A stretch of DNA of 63,216 nucleotides, counting the filler, from Pelomyxa schiedti (taxonomy: Eukaryota > Protista > Evosea): assembly GCA_020536535.1 (NCBI GenBank). It is 12 parts of 12 records of this genome, joined end to end, with 100 filler letters (N's around TTAATTAATTAA, not from the genome) between each part and the next. Parts side by side here need not be neighbours in the genome. Positions count along the whole stretch, not along the records: positions 32,709 to 34,390 come from JAHLWZ010002336.1; positions 34,491 to 35,650 come from JAHLWZ010002750.1; positions 35,751 to 41,326 come from JAHLWZ010000547.1; positions 41,427 to 43,207 come from JAHLWZ010002278.1; positions 43,308 to 54,712 come from JAHLWZ010000789.1; 7 more parts are not named here. The stretch is one strand, 5' to 3'. Positions within the stretch are counted from its first letter, which is position 1; every line of letters begins with the position of its first letter. Positions 33,472-44,762 of the stretch are shown here, in pieces. The notes below the pieces were generated by a model. That model was not told the DNA's origin. It made no database searches and saw only the letters and a program-made list of their open reading frames with translations. Made by a program: the position numbers and the translations under genes.

Positions 33472-35750
33472 AGGCAGCAGGTCTTTGGTTGTGCTGCCTT
33501 TGCACAACACACGCAATAACATCACTCCTCTCTAAGTAAAAACACCCAACAAAGCAGTGTCATTGTGTGGCGGTTCCACCGCGTAACAAAGAAACTGGGT
33601 CATCATCTGGAACTCTGCGTACGGTGCCGTGGCTCCGACTTCACCTTTTTTTTTACCAGTGCACTGAGAATCAGCGAACCAACGATCAAAAAAAAAAAAA
33701 AAAACACACAGTCCGTGTACACGCGCTGTGTGTCGGTGCGTGAGGTAAAGGTGTTGCCATTGTTTTCGCGTCGTCCCTATGCCGCGTAGTTCCAGACTCG
33801 CCTCCACGACGACGTTGCCACCTCGCTCCCTACGTGACCCGCCTCACTTACTTACTACATCGTCGGCTGGCGGGCACGATGACACCGGCCGGACAAATAC
33901 CTTGTGTAATGATTGACGGATGAATCGCAGTCTGGCATTCTCTCGAATTCCTCAGGTAGTTCTCCTCATGACACACTTCTAAGCTTCTTCTGGCCTTTGA
34001 AGCTTGATTGTCCCATCTCGGCATCATTTGCTTACTGGGCGGTTCGGAATTACTTAAAGACATAACCAGACCCTTCCAAGGTTTGAAACAGTTGTTCTTT
34101 TAAAATATAGCTCATTTCTCTAAGAAACCCCATTCCCACATCTCTGCCTGTGCCCTTGTTCAACAAGAATTTGCCATTTCCGGTGCAGTGAACCAGTACT
34201 TCAACACATTAACTGCTAACAAAACGCAGATGTATTCAATCAGATGTGGGGGGCCAGCAGCAGCGATGCTTTAGCACCATGTTGGCACTATTCCCAATAA
34301 ACATTGCGCTGAACATTGGCTTTGGTTTTACTGACTCAACTCCCAGTTGTGCAAGGACTCATCCAATTGCAGAACCATTTCCACATGGTGNNNNNNNNNN
34401 NNNNNNNNNNNNNNNNNNNNNNNNNNNNNNNNNNTTAATTAATTAANNNNNNNNNNNNNNNNNNNNNNNNNNNNNNNNNNNNNNNNNNNNCAACACGCGG
34501 CAGCGTCACACCAGCACAAAGCATCAACACTGACGAGTTGATCAACACTTTTGCAGGTCATTCATTCCACAGTTGTGTTTGTAGAATTTTTTTTTTAAAA
34601 CCAAAGTACCTCTTAAAAACAAAACCCCAATGAAGGAAACAAAAACCCAAGAGCCGACATCGGTGACCAATCGTAACAGAACCACTCGAAGTCCATTCCA
34701 ACACCACGAAACAGCAGTGAGGCAAGGGGGTGCGAGCCATCTGAGCACGGGGGATGAATACTAGCAATACCCCCTTAGCTCCACGGAAGCTGTGGTGTGC
34801 ATTAAAAACAAAGAAGGGTGCAACATGGCCAGATTATGTTTCTGTATCTATATTCAAGAGGGTTATTACAAGTTAGAAGTATTATCAACATACCTTTCTT
34901 GTCCTGCAGCATCGTTTTCATTTCAGTGTGAGAAGTGGCAAGGTGACAAGAAAAGAAGGGGAAGATACAGTGCCAACTCTCAATACCAGCACCTTGTGCT
35001 TCTTCTCATTGTTGATCCTGCTGTTGTGAAGCTGTCACTTTGGCTGGATTAACCTGCTAAAATGATACTGCGTAACGGTACCAGCACAGCAACACCGTTT
35101 GGAGGATGTTCTTGAACTTCCGGGAGAAGAACGTGTGCAGAGCTGGATTCCACATTGCTGGAAATTGCATGTATGACAGCTGTGGAATGGGGCGGGCAAA
35201 TTCAAATAAAAATCGCAGCTGCGAAGTGGGCGCCAATGACCGACCCAGAACGTACCGCGGAGAACGTCGGGTCGGCTGCTAAGCAGCAACCCAAGATTGC
35301 CCCAACAAACAAGCGACCGCCCAGCGGGGTTCCGCCGGCACGACAGCCTGCAACCCCGAAGCGTCGCCGCCGCGCACTCACGGCAGACGCCACCACCTCG
35401 AGTCCCGCCGCCACCGGTACAGCCACAGCCACGACCACGACCGGCGGTGGGCAATCTCCACCAATCACGCATGCATCTACGCAGGGCTCGCCAGGCAAAA
35501 AAGAAGTTCATTGAACAGTGCAACTGGACACATCTCCGTGACCAAAACGACTCTGGCTCCCCCAAAAAAAGGCTGACATTCCAAACAGTATTTCGTCTCG
35601 TCAGCACTGCTTGTTATATCAAGAACTCACCAACAATAACTGGTTACAGGNNNNNNNNNNNNNNNNNNNNNNNNNNNNNNNNNNNNNNNNNNNNTTAATT
35701 AATTAANNNNNNNNNNNNNNNNNNNNNNNNNNNNNNNNNNNNNNNNNNNN

Positions 35751-36492
35751 TGCCAGGTCATAACCCGGAAATGGGATATCAGATTTCACCAGGTGGAAGT
35801 TGTGGCACTCACCGAACTCTGCAATGCATTGTCCTACACAACATCCATTGCCAATAGCACAGCCGGCGTTAATGCGGCTGTTGCCGCTTCTGCTGCCGCA
35901 TGGTCAGAGGAGATGATGATATTGAGGAATATGATGCAAGTGCCTCTCAGGAGCCTGCTTGTTGATTTGAGAGTGGTGCTCGAGTGGAACATGGATGTTG
36001 TAAATATGGAACTCCACGTAACCGAGGTTCTAAACTCCTCTCATAACACCCCGGTATTAATCCCATGTGTTGTTGATTTAGCCAAGCGGAGAAACCGTTA
36101 CTAGTTTCCGCAATCACTCTCTCTTACCTATTTTGAGAGTACAAAGTAACTAACAATAATTCAGGAATGTTGTCGCGAGACATGGGGCAGGGATATGGAC
36201 CTGTTGAATACCTTATTTCAAAATCAATGCCCAGTGCATACACAATTGCAGTTCAGCTATTTTCCGCTGGTGGAAAAACGTTGTGTATGTTCTCCCTCGC
36301 AATCAACTGCATCTGTTTGGTAGGATTACATCTTTTCTTTATTGTTGCTGATCAAGAACATACACTTTCACGCGACTCTGTTCACAAGCGGCTGGCGCTC
36401 GGACCCTTCTTCTGTGTGTTTGTTGACTTTATTTTTGCTCTTTTAAGGCTTATTTATTCCCACCACAGAGAATCACAGCCACCCAAGCACTT
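35751..36492 (+). CDS. 5'-partial gene: C-terminal DUF2135/YfaP-type domain of a VIT-TPR-DUF2135 protein
   Basis: KWDIRFHQVEVVALTEL, VDLRVVLEWNMDVVNMELHVTE|PSGE and GMLSRDMGQGYGPVEY resemble the DLRVVLxW..D.DLHV.EP.GE / SRD...GYGPEEY pattern. GT-AG introns are present. Confidence 0.75.
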
Positions 36493-36961
36493 NNNNNNNN
36501 NNNNNNNNNNNNNNNNNNNNNNNNNNNNNNNNNNNNNNNNNNNNNNNNNNNNNNNNNNNNNNNNNNNNNNNNNNNNNNNNNNNNNNNNNNNNCCAGTGCA
36601 GGATTCCAAATCTCTCAACAGAACCACCGGCCACGAGCAGTCAGTGATTGTTTTCTTCACAGTGAGTTCTGCAGTAACATGTTTTGGTGTTAGAGGAGGA
36701 AGAGACCGTTTTGGTTGTTTTTGTTTTGTTGGGTTTTTTTTTTTTTTGCATACCGTCGACTTGTAACTCGAGACTCGACTTACGTTTCGCAAATTCTGAA
36801 GTAATGCACAAACTTGATGGAGTTTTTGCTGCCACGGAAACGAAATCAGAGTGCGACCAATCGCCGAATTCCACTAGTCTCTTTGACAAATGTTCACTCT
36901 TTATTTTGACGAAAATCATCTACACAAATCAGATTGGCACATAATAACTGATTAAATCAAA

Positions 36962-37600
36962 CCTCATAAGAGTCGGTGGCTACTTTCTTGGGCTTGGGAA
37001 TAGTGCTTGTATCGTTGGTGCATTTAAAGTCGTTCACAGCAAGGATTACATCAGGGCGAGTTTGTTGCGATGGGTTGTCCTTAGTCTCCTGTATCTTCAT
37101 GAGAGACAGCGTGTGGGCACCACCACGACTGCCAACGCGAAGTGAGACAGGTTGATGGACCTGTGATTTGAAAAAAAAGATCGGTTAAAGAGCAGTTAGA
37201 AACTAGGATGATTGCTTACTGGGTCATATGAACTTAGGTATTTTTGCAAACTTTCATTCAAAACTCGAGCGTCAACACTAAATAGTATGACATCCCACTT
37301 CTTAATAAATTCCAACATCGAGAACACGGTCTGAAATGACTGTGAGTTAAAGAAATAAAAATAGAAAAAAAAAAACAAAAACATTCAAATCACCTGGATT
37401 TTGCCCTGTGACCACAAATTGAACCCTTTGTTCTTATCCGTTGTCCAAACAATAATGCTTTCACGGGTGATGGCCACGTTGACAGACCCGACTGTCGGTG
37501 GGAACAGGGCTGCATGCGAATTATGGGTGCACCGGGGAAAACCAAAGGAACTACGTCGACGAACCTTGGAGTGCATTCCTATTTACGATCTTGCCGAGGA
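36962..37600 (-). CDS. Uncharacterised spliced gene or remnant
   Basis: Three exon-like segments (..KGFNLWSQGKIQ | SFQTVFSMLEF..SSYDP | VHQPVSLRV..DSYEV-stop) with GT..AG boundaries. No clear start. Confidence 0.4.
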
Positions 37601-37789
37601 ACAGCGTCGTCATCTCCGGTGCGGTTACTTGGTTATTTGAGATTTTTCCAGGTGAATTTTCTTTGACGATGAGGAGATCCCAGGATCTCATGGGATCTCC
37701 ACTACCTAACAAAGAAGGATCCCTGAGACTTCTCCCTGTGGTGTCGGGCCTCATCCCCAGCACCATCAAGGTGAAAAAACAAAGAAAAA

Positions 37790-38810
37790 ACCAAAGCGAA
37801 GCAGGGTTGTCAGTGCAACGCATTGAGTTGATAAACAAGAACACCCGAGAGCCATTGTGGGTCGACTAAGTGACAGTGCATTGGGCATTGATTCACGAAG
37901 GTTCACTTTTGCCAGCCGCCGTCGTCACCCACAAGTGGGAATGTGGAGGCCGAGCTCAAGTTCACGCTGCCGGGCGAGCGTGCGGCCATTTGTGGGTTCC
38001 AGACCGACGTCTACGGTGCCGTGGTTGATGGCGTAATCACATCGAAGGAAACAGCTCAGGTGGCTCTCGAGGCTGCGGTGTGTGTGTGTGTTGTGTGTTG
38101 TGTGTTGTGTGTTGTGTGTTGTGTGTTGTGTGTTGTGTGTTGTGTGTTGTGTGTTGTGTGTTGTGTGTGTGTGTGTAAGCATTGCACTATGAGCTGAAGG
38201 GGATACCTTTACCTGGGAACGTTGCAATTTCTTTCCTTGAACGGTCTGAGGGACCACAGTACATTTCATTGTGCCTGTTGGACTCCACTGGGTGCGATTT
38301 TTTTTCTCGTTTCTTTCGGAAGCTAAATTTACAACAGGCAGATGGCAAAGGAGGCATATGAATCCCTTCTTGCCATTGATCTTGAATCACACATGGAGCA
38401 GACGCCCAAATCCTGAGGCTTGCAGCGTACAAACTAATGCAATTCAAAGCCTTTGACTGCTGTGTGGATATTTTTGAGAAAATACTTCACATAAGGTTAC
38501 CTTTTTCTCCCTTCGAGGGCGAGATCGTGGCAAGCGAAGAGAGATTTGTGTACTATGTTGTCTTAGGTGCCCAGCGCCCGAATCTTTCCCAACCGATTCC
38601 AAGAACAGACCGAGCTTTCAACATTCCACCCTGTTTGGTAGGATTACATCTTTTCTTTATTGTTGCTGATCAAGAACATACACTTTCAGGCGACTCTGTT
38701 CACAAGCGGCTGGCGCTCGGACCCTTCTTCTGTGTGTTTGTTGACTTTATTTTTGCTCTTTTAAGGCTTATTTATTCCCACCACAGAGAATCACAGCCAC
38801 CCAAGCACTT
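37790..38810 (+). pseudogene. Internally deleted second copy of a VIT-TPR-DUF2135 gene
   Basis: VIT motif VEAELKFTLPGERAAICGFQTDVYGAVVDGVITSKETAQVALEA and TPR-like ADAQILRLAAYKL..VDIFEKILHIR. Upstream stop and frameshift. About 38631-38810 duplicates about 36313-36492 with a single substitution seen. Confidence 0.65.
38078..38176. repeat. (TTGTGTG)n / TG-rich microsatellite
   Basis: Directly visible. Confidence 0.95.
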
Positions 38811-38988
38811 AGGTTAGTGGAGGAGGCACAAGCACTGCCTATGCCACAGCCCGCGCCTTCTCAGCAGCCCGCGCCTCCGCAGCCCGAGGGCTTCCTTAGC
38901 CGCTGGGCGAAAAAGTGTAATTGGCTGGTTTGATTGGGCAACAGTAAATAAAATGGCACCATTTTTCCTAGATGTTTTTTAGTTCAAG

Positions 38989-40680
38989 TTACCAAAAGTG
39001 GTTCACTGTGTAGGATGATGATTCTGGTTCTGCAGTGGGTCTGTGGCATTGGTTGATGTTTGCCCCTGGTGGTGTTGGGGGGTCAGTGTGAGGGCGGTTG
39101 TTGTGCTGGGTCCGCTGCGGGAGCGGGTGCATGTGCGAGAGGTGATGAGTGTTGTTGGCGGGTTGTGCGGTGGGTTGTATTGTGAGGGGTGTTTCTGGCG
39201 GAATTGGTGGAGGTGATTCGGGAACCACCGGTTGTGGTTCTTCCGGTGGGCGCAGTTGCTACAATTTCGGTTTCCGTTGGTTCGGTTTCTGGTGCAGATG
39301 TGGTGGAAGTCCTGGATGCAATTAGGTACGCGACTCGTCCGAAAAGCCAGTCCCATGGTTGTGCATCTCGTTCTGTGGAATTTTAGAAAGGAGTTTGTTT
39401 GCTGTTTCTTACGTTGTCTATGTGGTCCCATGGTATCGGAAAGGAAAAGTTCCTCCTTAGTCTTGGTACTCTGGAAGAGGAGTAAGGTCCTTGCTGCAGA
39501 TGTTGCAGTGATGGTGCTTACTCAGTGTCTATCTTGAATTTAATTATTATTACTGGTCTTGACCAAAAATAACCTGTGGTGTTCCCACCTCCTCCTCTTT
39601 TGGACTCTGTGCTCCATGAAAGGAGAAGACTTCCTGTTGATGATATGGGATAGTCGCAAATCTTGGGGAAGTCATGTGGGGCAATCACAAGGAAATTTAT
39701 ACCTGAAGATACAAAACTTCCATACTCTCCGGTGTTCATTTGAAGGGGGCGAAAGGGGATGTAGTATCACTATAAATTCCCTTATCTGTCATTCATGGTG
39801 AATGTCTTGCAGAAATCTTGTGGTTTCTTCTTATGTTAACTAGTGGCGGAGTCAACACAGTCGGCAACGTAGAAACAGTTATAATACCGCGATTTTGGTG
39901 TTTTTCAACCACTGGAATGCAATGGCAGGTCCTTGACGAAACTCACTCTGTCCCAGCCTTTTACTGCACCACATGCCTGTTGTAAGGATCAAGGAACAAA
40001 TTGCTAGAAGTAACCAACGGCATTACTTGAAGTAAGGACAAAAGCAATTCAGGGTTCAGTTCTGGTCCTTCATCTCCACGTAAACACAGAAAGGAAAGCT
40101 CTTGGCTCCAAAGTGGAAGCTTGTTTGTTTCCGTCCTTGAACTTCTCGGTTCGTTCTGCCAGTCCATGTTGAGTGTGCTGTGTTCACTCCTTGCGTCACC
40201 ACTGCCTTCCAAACGCCTTTTTCTCGAGTCCTTCCCTTTCTATCCACTCTCCTCTATCAGCAACCGGTTCCCTGCTGTCGTTCTGCCTCTCGCACTCCTC
40301 CTTCGTCGATCTTTTTGGTTCCTGGTTTCTTCGTGGTTCCCTCATTCTCTGCTGTTGTTGTTGGTACATGTGCTTCCTGTTCTGAAACGCCCAATAATCA
40401 ACATCGTGTGGATTTTGTGTTCGCTTATCAGATCGCGGTACCGCCTCTCCATTTCCATCTCCATTGTCACTGACCGTGAGGCGTCGCAATCGCGATCTGC
40501 CGCCACTGCCCCCGCGATCGTACGAAGCGCCGACGTTCGTCCGCGGTGGATCTAGATCTTGGGTGCGACGAGAACTGGTGTTTGTGCTGGTGACGCTATT
40601 GCGCGGTGGAGATAAAGACGGAGACGACACCGGAGATGGGGAGTATGACCTCAAGCCGGATCTGCGACCACGACGTCGTG
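38989..40680 (-). pseudogene. Low-complexity (S/R/Q/P/T-rich) coding-like region with multiple stops
   Basis: Minus-strand ORF pieces 40196-40654, 39961-40212 and 38989-39228. No recognisable domain. Confidence 0.3.
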
Positions 40681-41169
40681 CACGTGACCTTTCGTTTTAT
40701 TTTTTCGTTTGAACAAGATCTCGGGGTTATACAGAGGCGCAACCTGCAAGAGACCGCTTTCACAAACATTTAGCACTTACGGCTTCACTTACACTTGACA
40801 AGGGGTGCACGATTCTGAGGAGGGCGATGGAGTTGTCATGCTGAGCAACTTGGTCTTTTTTTGTTCTGTGCGGGATCTGCGCAGCAATGGCGACCGAGTC
40901 CACGAAATAGGACTGGGACTGCTATCACACACAGGTGCCGTGATATTGACATCTTCAGTGCCGGTGGAATATGTTTGTTCATCACCCCGACACTCTACTG
41001 GGCAACCATGGTGATGTAAAAAACGGTTTTAATTGTGCACCACCTTTAAAAAGCGCTTATCCACTGAACAAAACTCATTCATTTCGATTTTTTTAAGTCA
41101 CACAGCACTGGTTAGAGACCTGGGATACTAAGGTAAATGCCCAACCACTTGAAGCCACTCCCATTGTAC

Positions 41170-41326
41170 TGGCTTCCTTCCCATTCAGCACATCCGGTTT
41201 TGTGCTTTTGAATGAGGATGTTCAGCAAGTAGTTTGCACACTGTGTGACATGTTCTTCAGTCAGATGGAATTCTTGGATGAGCCACTTTACCACTTTACC
41301 CGATTGCACACTTTTGCTGTCTAAGA
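41170..41326 (-). pseudogene. Fragment of the ankyrin-like family C-terminus (third copy)
   Basis: QSGKVVKWLIQEFHLTEEHV..CANYLLNILI..HKTGCAEW, after which homology stops. Confidence 0.7.
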
Positions 41327-41426
41327 NNNNNNNNNNNNNNNNNNNNNNNNNNNNNNNNNNNNNNNNNNNNTTAATTAATTAANNNNNNNNNNNNNNNNNN
41401 NNNNNNNNNNNNNNNNNNNNNNNNNN

Positions 41427-42954
41427 CTGCAGCTTCTACTTCTACTTCCGCTTCTGGCTCTGGTTCTGTTGCAGAGTCCTCTGTGACAGTTGCTCGAGCT
41501 GTCAGGGGAAGGTGCACGAGGTGCTGCGGGTGCCCTGTTTGTGGATCAGTGATGGTGTTCAGGGTTGTGGGCGGTGGTGGCGGGGAGAGCACAGGAGCCA
41601 GCAGGGCGGTGTACTTGAATTGTGGTCACTGCAGGTTCGTGTGATTTTTTTTGAGGAAACGCTTTAACTTTCATTAGGTTCTCAACAGCTGAATCAGGGC
41701 TGGTGGCTGCAAATCCGGAGGAACTGATGAGTTTGTACTTTTCTTACGATAAATACGATATCTAACTATTTGAAGATGAAATTATGCTGAGGGAGGACAT
41801 TCCGGAGTTACGTACTGCTTTTACCCAGACTTCGGAGCTTTGTATAGGGAAATCCTTCACTGAAGCTGAAGAACTGTATACTATGTTCCCATGTACTTCT
41901 AAGACTAACTTTTCCAAGTCACCGCGGTTCCCGTCATTTGGGCCCTCCTATCACTTTCGACGATCTTAATGAAAAGATAGCGAGAAAAAGAGAAGATTTA
42001 GCAAAACCTAGTCGTGCGGACTATTATATAATAAACCCAGCACCTCCTTCGATTATTGCGCAATCAGATCCCACTGATTGTATGGAACTGATAGTAAACC
42101 CCTTAATAACTGTACCCAGGTTTAACTCTGGAACAAAAACTAAACCACGGCAGTAGAAGGTTAGTCCTTAAAAAAATTTAGGTTTAACAACTATCTTAGA
42201 AAATTACTTCCACAAAGAATGCTACTAAGATCGACCCGCACAAAATTGTGTCCTTCATGCAAGTCCGTTCTCGTGAAGCCCTCCATTGGGTATTCCTTTT
42301 TACCATTATCTTTTCTCATTTTTTTTTAAAAAAAGCGATAACAAGCCCCCGTCTCGGCAACACTTCGCATGGAATTGTGAGTTTTTGCTGCTCTTACTGG
42401 TTTTCACTAACATTGTGTTGAGACCTACCACACATCACAATTTCTCAAGTGAAATTTACTACCGATACATCTATCAGTGCTACTCTTATATTTTCTAATA
42501 CATCACCACGCCTGCTTCAGGTATCAGCATGTTCCGGAAAGCTAAATAAATCAGCTTCTGTACGTTTCCCAACCTCCTGCATAGTAGATATCCTAGATAT
42601 TAAAATTCCGGTATAACTTCCGCACATCAGCTTGCAATTGAATCGCGGTCCTTTAGCTTGGATGCTGATGACCCAACACCAACAGTTGCAGCCTGTCACT
42701 CATCAAAGAGGGTCTGCCTCCCGGCTTGCATTGAACTTCATTCCCTAAACAAGCTGGGCTACATGGTTGTCTTCACTGTACCAATTGCAAATGAATCTCA
42801 CATTTTCTCTAAGGTATCTGTGGACTTGGAGGTAAACTTTGAGCTGACTTTTAAACAAAACGCACCCGTGCAGCAACAACCTCAGATTTTCCGCATACCA
42901 CAGGCTGTAAAAACAACCTATCTACTCAAATTCAAAATTGACAACAGAAACTGA
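41427..42954 (+). CDS. DCTN4: Dynactin subunit 4 (p62), 5'-partial, multi-exon
   Basis: RCTRCCGCPVCGSVM...VYLNCGHCR|FST.ESGL and LLPQRMLLRSTRTKLCPSCKSVLVKP resemble the p62 zinc-binding motifs (RC.NCF.CP.C...YL.C.FC.W; L.P....L..KRS.RC..C...L.KP). Stop at 42952-42954. Confidence 0.8.
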
Positions 42955-43330
42955 AATAAATAAAAGGTTTCCATTCAATTACCAATTGTCTCTCAATCTC
43001 AACTCTTCACGCACACTGGAAGTAATCTAATAGTAAAGAAATGTTAGTTCTAACAAATCCGGCTCCTTATATTCAATTAATTCAATTTATAACTTAGATA
43101 GAAAATCCAACAATAACAACAAACAGAATACATACCGCAGTAGCCAGGCTTTACGCATGTAGAATTGCAGGTGAAGTATGAGGAACAAGTCCAGCCGACG
43201 TCATCACNNNNNNNNNNNNNNNNNNNNNNNNNNNNNNNNNNNNNNNNNNNNTTAATTAATTAANNNNNNNNNNNNNNNNNNNNNNNNNNNNNNNNNNNNN
43301 NNNNNNNCAAAAGAGAAAGATTACAGAAGA

Positions 43331-44545
43331 TCACAACAAGGAGGAATCAGTGTCAATCCACTCAATGTTGAATGGTGCCTCGACTGTGAGAACAACAACG
43401 CCAGAAGCTGCCTCCATCACAGTCATCTTGTTTCCGCTCAGTGCAAACAGGAATCCACTGCCAAAAACGACTTGAAGGCACTGCCTGGTGTCGAGGGCTG
43501 CGTAATCCACATTCCTCAGTGGATTCCCAGGGTTGTTGCAGTCCCACAATTCGCAGTACAGCTTCGTGGCCGGGGCATGAGACCACAAGAAGAACAGTGA
43601 CGAACTCACCTGCGAAACGTTGGTGCACTCTGATGTAATCCCCACGTATTGACCAGTGGAACCTTCAATCCAGAACACAAGAGAATAAGGTGGCGTTGGG
43701 ATTTCCACCACGACAATGAACACAACTTCACCGTTTCTCTTCCTTGTGATGGCAACAGGTAAGGTTACACCACTAAGTGGAATTGAGCAACGCGTGGAGT
43801 ACAGCACAACAAGCTTGTGTGAATCACAGGTCTGAGCCACATCAACCAACACGAAGCTGACACCACTGGGCCCACTGAACATTATCAAGGCTTCATCAGC
43901 GTTTGCTGGGTTCATAACCACGTGCTCATGCACCCTGTCAGCAGGCATCAGTGTAAAGGGACCAGAATAAGCAGAACCACCACCAGAACTGGAGCCACAG
44001 CGCGCCCCCCTCACACTTTTCACAGTGAGCCTTTGTCCACCAACACCACGCAGGTATTTGAGGATAACAAGCCACTTCGCATTTACCCCGTGGGTGTAAC
44101 CCCTCAGGTGCATGCACAAATCAGCGGCCACCCACTTGTAGTCCCCAATGCTCCCTTCGCAAGACGGAACCGCCCTTGGCTCCCGCGTCACTCCCAGCGT
44201 CACGGCAGACACTCCAAACGACAAGGTCACGCAGGTTTGTTCTTCCTCCCCACTGTCCCAGTCAGCATCGCGGACTCGATCATCATCACCTTCCTGGTAG
44301 CCTCGCCCCATTACGAGAACGAAGGGGCGCGACGGTTCGAGCACGAAGCGGCGCCACCACGACCGCATGAGGGGCGCGTCGGCCGCGACGTGGCGGGCTG
44401 GGCTGCGCGCCCCGCACCGGCGCAGCGACGACGCCATGAGCGCCCCGAACTGCGACCCACAAGTCGCGATCGCCACCGTGCTCGTGATCGCGGCCGAGAC
44501 GGCGGCCACCGGGGTCGTTCGCTGAACTCGACCGCCTGTCGCCAT
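43331..44545 (-). CDS. Intronless ~404-aa lineage-expanded family protein (paralog of 17119-18279)
   Basis: SQFGALMASSLRRCGARSPAR, FGVSAVTLGVT, NAKWLV and ELWDCNN. First ATG at 44545. Confidence 0.85.
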   Translation of the reverse strand: MATGGRVQRTTPVAAVSAAITSTVAIATCGSQFGALMASSLRRCGARSPARHVAADAPLMRSWWRRFVLEPSRPFVLVMGRGYQEGDDDRVRDADWDSGEEEQTCVTLSFGVSAVTLGVTREPRAVPSCEGSIGDYKWVAADLCMHLRGYTHGVNAKWLVILKYLRGVGGQRLTVKSVRGARCGSSSGGGSAYSGPFTLMPADRVHEHVVMNPANADEALIMFSGPSGVSFVLVDVAQTCDSHKLVVLYSTRCSIPLSGVTLPVAITRKRNGEVVFIVVVEIPTPPYSLVFWIEGSTGQYVGITSECTNVSQVSSSLFFLWSHAPATKLYCELWDCNNPGNPLRNVDYAALDTRQCLQVVFGSGFLFALSGNKMTVMEAASGVVVLTVEAPFNIEWIDTDSSLL

Positions 44546-44762
44546 CACCGTCGTCGACACCGAGTGATGAAGCTTGTTTTTTTTTTTTCAGCGAAGTTTG
44601 GTGGGTGTTGGGTTTATGCTTATGATACCTTTGTGGTTGTTGGCCAACACCTGTGTGCCTCGTCTGGGTTGATGATGTGTGAAAGTGATGACTTCCCGAA
44701 AAAGGGAATCAGGGTGTCGGCTGCTTCAGTACGAACACATCCGTCACTCCCTGTCAGTACAC

